A stretch of 64,000 nt of DNA from assembly GCF_031769215.1 (NCBI RefSeq), contig NW_026782026.1:124001-188000 (forward strand). Direction: 5' to 3'. The notes under the pieces are model-generated. The model was not told where the DNA came from. It worked only from the letters and a program-made list of their open reading frames with translations, and did no database searches. The position numbers were made by a program, and so were the translations under genes. This document shows, piece by piece, positions 60,701 to 64,000 of this stretch. The first letter of the stretch is position 1. Every line of letters starts with the position of its first letter. Origin of the DNA: Ylistrum balloti (Eukaryota).

Positions 60701-63425
60701 GACAAATAGGCAAGTTTGATTGGACAAAACTAAGACTATGTTATGGTTGCTATTGTCTAGGACCAGGAGTGTATTACGGGGATGTAGAAGTGACTGGGGC
60801 TGCTGGCCCCTCCACCGTCACTACCAACACAAAGCTGATGCCTTACCCCCGTGACCCAGATGAGAGGGGCACTAACCCCCAGGCTATGGCTCTGACAGAA
60901 TTTCATGTCCTGTTGCTCTTCCCTGACCGGTAAGTAGTGATGTTTTATAGCCCCCTCTTCATTACATACAAAAGACATACGATTTACCTAGCTGACAGTT
61001 CTATACATTTATATAGACAATGTAACAACATAGTAGATAATTGTTATGTAATAGTCAGACCCTAAATAATTAATGTGTTTAAATCTACATGATTAAACAT
61101 AGGAAAACAAGGTAAGAAGAATGCCAATTACAAACATCAGCTTTGTGTAAACTTAGTAAACTTAGATAAATTATGTTTGACTACAATCATTTATCAGATG
61201 TAAGGTTCTGTATATGTACCAGCCTGACTAATACAATTATCTATCAGATGTAAGGTTCTGTATATGTACCAGCCTGACTAATACAATTATCTATCAGATG
61301 TAAGGTTCTGTATATGTACCAGCCTGACTAATACAATTATCTATCAGATGTAAGGTTCTGTATGTACCACTGAATTCATCATGTCTTTATCTGGTTTTGT
61401 ATTGTCAGGATCAAGGTTGTCTGCGTCCTGAATGAACAGCCAATCTTTGATGACATTTACCCTGATGTAAGTAGAGTTCTCTGATATTGATATTTTAAAT
61501 ATGTGTTTTATTATTTACACTTTTGTTTTAAGATAATTTGAAAGTTTTGTCTGGTTAATAATTCTCTAATACAGCCAATACCTGATCACCTCTTTAATTC
61601 TGCATGAAGACCTGGCAGAGTTTGGACCATGAACTAAGACTGTGTAAATTGTTTTACAGAGATTGGGTCGTTTACAAGGACTATGTAAATTGTTTTACAG
61701 AGATTGGGACGTTTACTAGGACTGTGTAAATTGTTTTACAGAGATTGGGTCGTTTACAAGGACTATGTAAATTGTTTTACAGAAATTGGGTCATTTACAA
61801 GGACTTTGTAAATTGTTTTACAGAGATTGGGTCGTTTACTAGGACTATGTAAATTGTTTTACAGAAATTGGGTCATTTACAAGGACTTTGTAAATTGTTT
61901 TACAGAGGACTGACTATGTAAATTGTTTTACAGAAAGATAGGACTTTGTAAATTGTTTTACAGAGATTGGGTCGTTTACTAGGACTATGTAAATTGTTTT
62001 ACAGAAATTGGGTCATTTACAAGGACTTTGTAAATTGTTTTACAGAGATAGGGTCGTTTACTAGGACTGTGTAAATTGTTTTACAGAGATTGGGACGTTT
62101 ACTAGGACTATGTAAATTGTTTTACAGAGATTGGGACGTTTACAAGGACTGTGTAAATTGTTTTACAGAAATTGGGTCGTTTACAAGGACTGTGTAAATT
62201 GTTTTACAGAAATTGGGTCGTTTACTAGGACTATGTAAATTGTTTTACAGAGATTGGGACGTTTACTAGGACTTTGCAAAGACCCGCTTAAAGGCAGTTT
62301 ATGGACTTTTACATCTCAGAGTGTTTTCAAGTACAAAATTGTACGAGAATCACGGTAAGTTTGGTCACAGAGGCAAGGGGAACCCTGCCCTCAGATGGTG
62401 ACAGAGGGGATAAAGGTTCTGTATGTAGATCATTGTTATTGTAATACTTACTCAGGGTTAGGAATAAGTAAGTTAAATCTATCCTTATAGCTCTATCTTT
62501 GTTAAGTTCACATTTCAGGCTGAAGTGCTTTATGTATTAGTTTATTAAATCTTATTCTAAAGTTTTGTCTAATATTCTTTCACTATTAATATCAGATATT
62601 GAATTCTAGACAGATATTATTGTTTCCAGGAGTGCTCTGCAGGTCTGTTTCTTATTCTTAAAAATTTTGTTGATATACAATATATACTGTATATATGACA
62701 TGATTTACTTCTGGTGGTTACCTGTTAAGCTTTGACATAAACTGAAATATTCTTGTGATAGAGTATTGTAATCACCAAACAAGAACATTTTATTATATCT
62801 GTAATGGTATATCTCATTCTTTTACTCCAGGGATGTATGGCAGATGTACCTTGATATGGGCAAGTTTGATCTTGCCAAGGATTACTGTCGGGTTGGTTTT
62901 ATATTTCTGTACACTGTCCCCAACCTCATTCTTGTTAGGATGAGTAAGATGATAACGAGTTCTTCATGCTCTACCAAAATTTGTTTATCCATCTGTCCAT
63001 CTTTCCATCCGTCCTATATATCTGGATCATAACTTTTCTCACAGTTAAACCAAGATCATGAAAATTTTTATACATTGGTCATATTAAGGTGATGTGCAGT
63101 GTACCAAATTTAATTACTCTTTGTTAAAATTGTATGCCAAATAAGGTCGTGTTCGGGGAGCATTTATCAGTTTCACTGATACTTTTGTATATACATATAT
63201 GATCTTCATTGTCAAGTAATCATTTTTAAGTCATTACATTTACACAGTACTTTGTAAATGTTAGAATTTTCTGCAGTCACAAGCCTTTATCATTGCAACT
63301 TTCTTCCATTTCTCTTTATATCTATGAAAACAATTGATATTAATTATCCTTTACTTGTAGGACAACATGGCCCAGATGGACCGTGTACTTACCAAACAGG
63401 CAGAGTATTTGTTCACTAATGAGAG
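51629..63425 (+). CDS. VPS18: Vacuolar protein sorting-associated protein 18 (HOPS/CORVET core subunit), 3'-partial, 14 coding exons in window
   Basis: Join: 51629-51712, 52125-52198, 53144-53253, 53671-53819, 54397-54481, 54669-54748, 57630-57742, 58015-58103, 59019-59117, 60761-60929, 61409-61466, 62251-62354, 62831-62891, 63361-63425; GT-AG, phases consistent. Translation MASILDQYEE...DVPIFSKKKVNF...KVYKIFLDPTGRHLIVS...VGWN...GAILLGTSKGLIFETEL...FAWMTGPGVYYG...LTEFHVLLLF...RDVWQMYLDMGKFDLAKDYC matches my recollection of metazoan VPS18 (MASILDEY..., LTQFH, RDVW..YLDM..FDLAK.YC). Confidence 0.95.
52125..52198 (+). CDS. VPS18: VPS18 coding exon 2
   Basis: IGPGFIDARLDTDVPIFSKKKVNF; |gtgagt donor. 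Confidence 0.9.
52795..53040. repeat. 39-bp minisatellite
   Basis: gacaggataacatcctcaattgtcctgatgatgatacat. Confidence 0.9.
53144..53253 (+). CDS. VPS18: VPS18 coding exon 3
   Basis: PPDPITHMAVCNNFLVISMTSNILLRLDLEHPETPD. Confidence 0.9.
53671..53819 (+). CDS. VPS18: VPS18 coding exon 4
   Basis: EVELPRAVEDKVYKIFLDPTGRHLIVSMESTENYYLSRNSKKPRPIGKLK. Confidence 0.93.
54035..54160 (+). mobile_element. SINE 3' fragment (Deu/Nin-domain-like mollusc SINE)
   Basis: gtgggttttccccgggta...cccacactaagacccctcacgcg...gccaacaagagtgattt...aaataaataaagttta resembles, from memory, the central-3' part of mollusc SINEs; not database-checked. Confidence 0.5.
54397..54481 (+). CDS. VPS18: VPS18 coding exon 5
   Basis: GHHVHAVGWNLQNANDNTTGAILLGTSK. 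Confidence 0.92.
54669..54748 (+). CDS. VPS18: VPS18 coding exon 6
   Basis: GLIFETELTDNENSRFFQGSLDQYLKQ. Confidence 0.9.
55050..55290. repeat. 44-bp minisatellite
   Basis: ttgtacaacactttgaattcagttgtacagtccttggaattcat. Confidence 0.88.
57045..57315. mobile_element. Insertion with ~33-bp inverted repeats resembling decayed minimal hammerhead motifs (Penelope-like pLTR relic)
   Basis: 57098-57130 (minus: ctgaagaaaacccgagaggtgaaactggttgac) and 57277-57309 (plus: ctgaagaagcctgagaggtcaaaaccagttgac); interrupts a tactactagaatgt satellite. Confidence 0.5.
57320..57610. repeat. tactactagaatgt(c/a)-type satellite
   Basis: 17/18-bp alternating units; degenerate continuation at about 56860-57045. Confidence 0.85.
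57630..57742 (+). CDS. VPS18: VPS18 coding exon 7
   Basis: LFNLGKSKAVAITGLEFDRMPSDAMTEYKYFIMITTP. Confidence 0.9.
58015..58103 (+). CDS. VPS18: VPS18 coding exon 8
   Basis: RLYQFIGNVSKSSEPPMFQPLFQQYENKP. Confidence 0.9.
58135..58780. repeat. 42-bp minisatellite (plus shorter variants)
   Basis: ctgtccatctgtgacctgtgtgtttatttctgtcaatgtgaa. Confidence 0.92.
59019..59117 (+). CDS. VPS18: VPS18 coding exon 9
   Basis: EQFLELPGDFGNSELKLYLPRFRAAPKNFAWMT. Confidence 0.92.
59464..59609. other. ~146-bp fold-back palindrome (probable MITE end/hairpin element)
   Basis: left arm tacctgtaactgagtgagatcgtgggtatctcggtcgagggctaagatccagtaac...ctaac vs reverse complement of right arm tacctgtaagtgaacaagatcggggtatcacagtctcgggctaagatcctgtaactatctaac. 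Confidence 0.85.
59975..60705. repeat. 36-bp minisatellite
   Basis: gtgacagggactaagtctagataatcagtatatata. Confidence 0.93.
60761..60929 (+). CDS. VPS18: VPS18 coding exon 10
   Basis: GPGVYYGDVEV...KLMPYP...AMALTEFHVLLLFPD. Confidence 0.93.
61195..61365. repeat. 50-bp tandem repeat, about 3.5 copies
   Basis: tcagatgtaaggttctgtatatgtaccagcctgactaatacaattatcta. Confidence 0.88.
61409..61466 (+). CDS. VPS18: VPS18 coding exon 11
   Basis: RIKVVCVLNEQPIFDDIYPD. Confidence 0.9.
61640..62275 (+). repeat. 41-bp tandem array of VPS18 splice acceptor + exon-12 5' end (16 acceptors)
   Basis: unit tgtaaattgttttacag|agattgggacgtttactaggacta; AG ends at 61659, 61700, 61741, 61782, 61823, 61864, 61905, 61933, 61963, 62004, 62045, 62086, 62127, 62168, 62209, 62250. 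Confidence 0.95.
62251..62354 (+). CDS. VPS18: VPS18 coding exon 12 (acceptor is the last of 16 tandem copies)
   Basis: RLGRLLGLCKDPLKGSLWTFTSQSVFKYKIVRES; only the acceptor ending at 62250 gives a stop-free frame. Confidence 0.9.
62831..62891 (+). CDS. VPS18: VPS18 coding exon 13
   Basis: RDVWQMYLDMGKFDLAKDYCR. Confidence 0.93.
62940..63188 (-). mobile_element. Short HINE/pearl-like element (minus orientation)
   Basis: minus 5' end acaaaag + hairpin tatcagt-gaa-actgata + aatgctcccc; (gacg/gatg)n tract at 62985-63013. Confidence 0.55.
63361..63425 (+). CDS. VPS18: VPS18 coding exon 14
   Basis: DNMAQMDRVLTKQAEYLFTNE. Confidence 0.88.
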
Positions 63426-64000
63426 GTAGGTACAGGGTACATCTAGATTACTATCATGTCTAAAACCTGTCTAACCTGACTCTAGTCTGGATCTCTGTCT
63501 ATTAGGATCTACGCATTTTCCTGCTTAAATTATGATAATGAATTTCTTGGCATTGGTGTAGTTTGTCTTTTTTAAAATTCCATTCATACATATCATTCTG
63601 GAAGCATCGTTTGCATTCTGGTACAAAATTTTTTTCACAAAGGACAAAATTGGTTGCAAAATTTTAGTGTAGATTTTGGTTGTTCAGGGGCAGTTCAGCT
63701 GTGATCCCTATCTCCTAGTAGTTGACAATAATTTACACAAATGTAATGTATTAAAGAATATGTTTTACATACTGTGAACACCTTGCACCGTAAACTCTCT
63801 CCAGTAAGAAGGACATCATTACCACTAATATACTTAGTACAAGTTTTATCTTATGTCATGGCGTAGCATCTAATGTGTTTGTCTGTCTGTTGTTACTCTG
63901 TCACCAGTATTTTATTCTAAAGGACTTCTTCTCAATAACCAAAAGGTTGAATTAACAATTTTTAGCTGGTAGTTTCCTGGGATGAAGCATAACAAAATTT

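Noticed and set aside
16580-62275. CRISPR-like appearance of regularly spaced 36-46-bp repeats
   Set aside because: Head-to-tail tandem units without unique spacers, no cas genes, eukaryotic spliced context.
1-64000. tRNA/rRNA/snRNA genes
   Set aside because: None recognised by eye; a tRNAscan-SE/Infernal run would be needed to exclude them.

Overview
AT-rich, intron-rich eukaryotic (metazoan, probably bivalve mollusc, inferred from the repeat families) genomic window with two divergently oriented genes. Minus strand, 37410 to <1: a 26-exon partial gene for a secreted protein, consisting of a signal peptide followed by at least eight tandem MAM domains and two Thr/Pro/Ser linkers. Plus strand, 51629 to >63425: the first 14 coding exons of VPS18. 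I reconstructed both exon chains by hand; all junctions are GT-AG and reading-frame phases are consistent throughout. Roughly a third of the window is tandem minisatellite, and most long ORFs in the supplied track are artefacts of these repeats. Also present: pearl/HINE-type helentron-associated elements, MITEs, a 5'-truncated RTE LINE with target-site duplication, and a SINE fragment. The most striking observation is that several tandem arrays are amplified exon-intron junctions. Three come from the homologous splice donor of three different MAM domains (32 copies, the first six extra donors in frame; 11 copies, out of frame; about 24 copies with GT changed to AT), and one comes from a VPS18 splice acceptor (16 copies). 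A VPS18 intron also carries an inverted pair of CpG-decayed minimal hammerhead-ribozyme-like motifs and a long fold-back hairpin.
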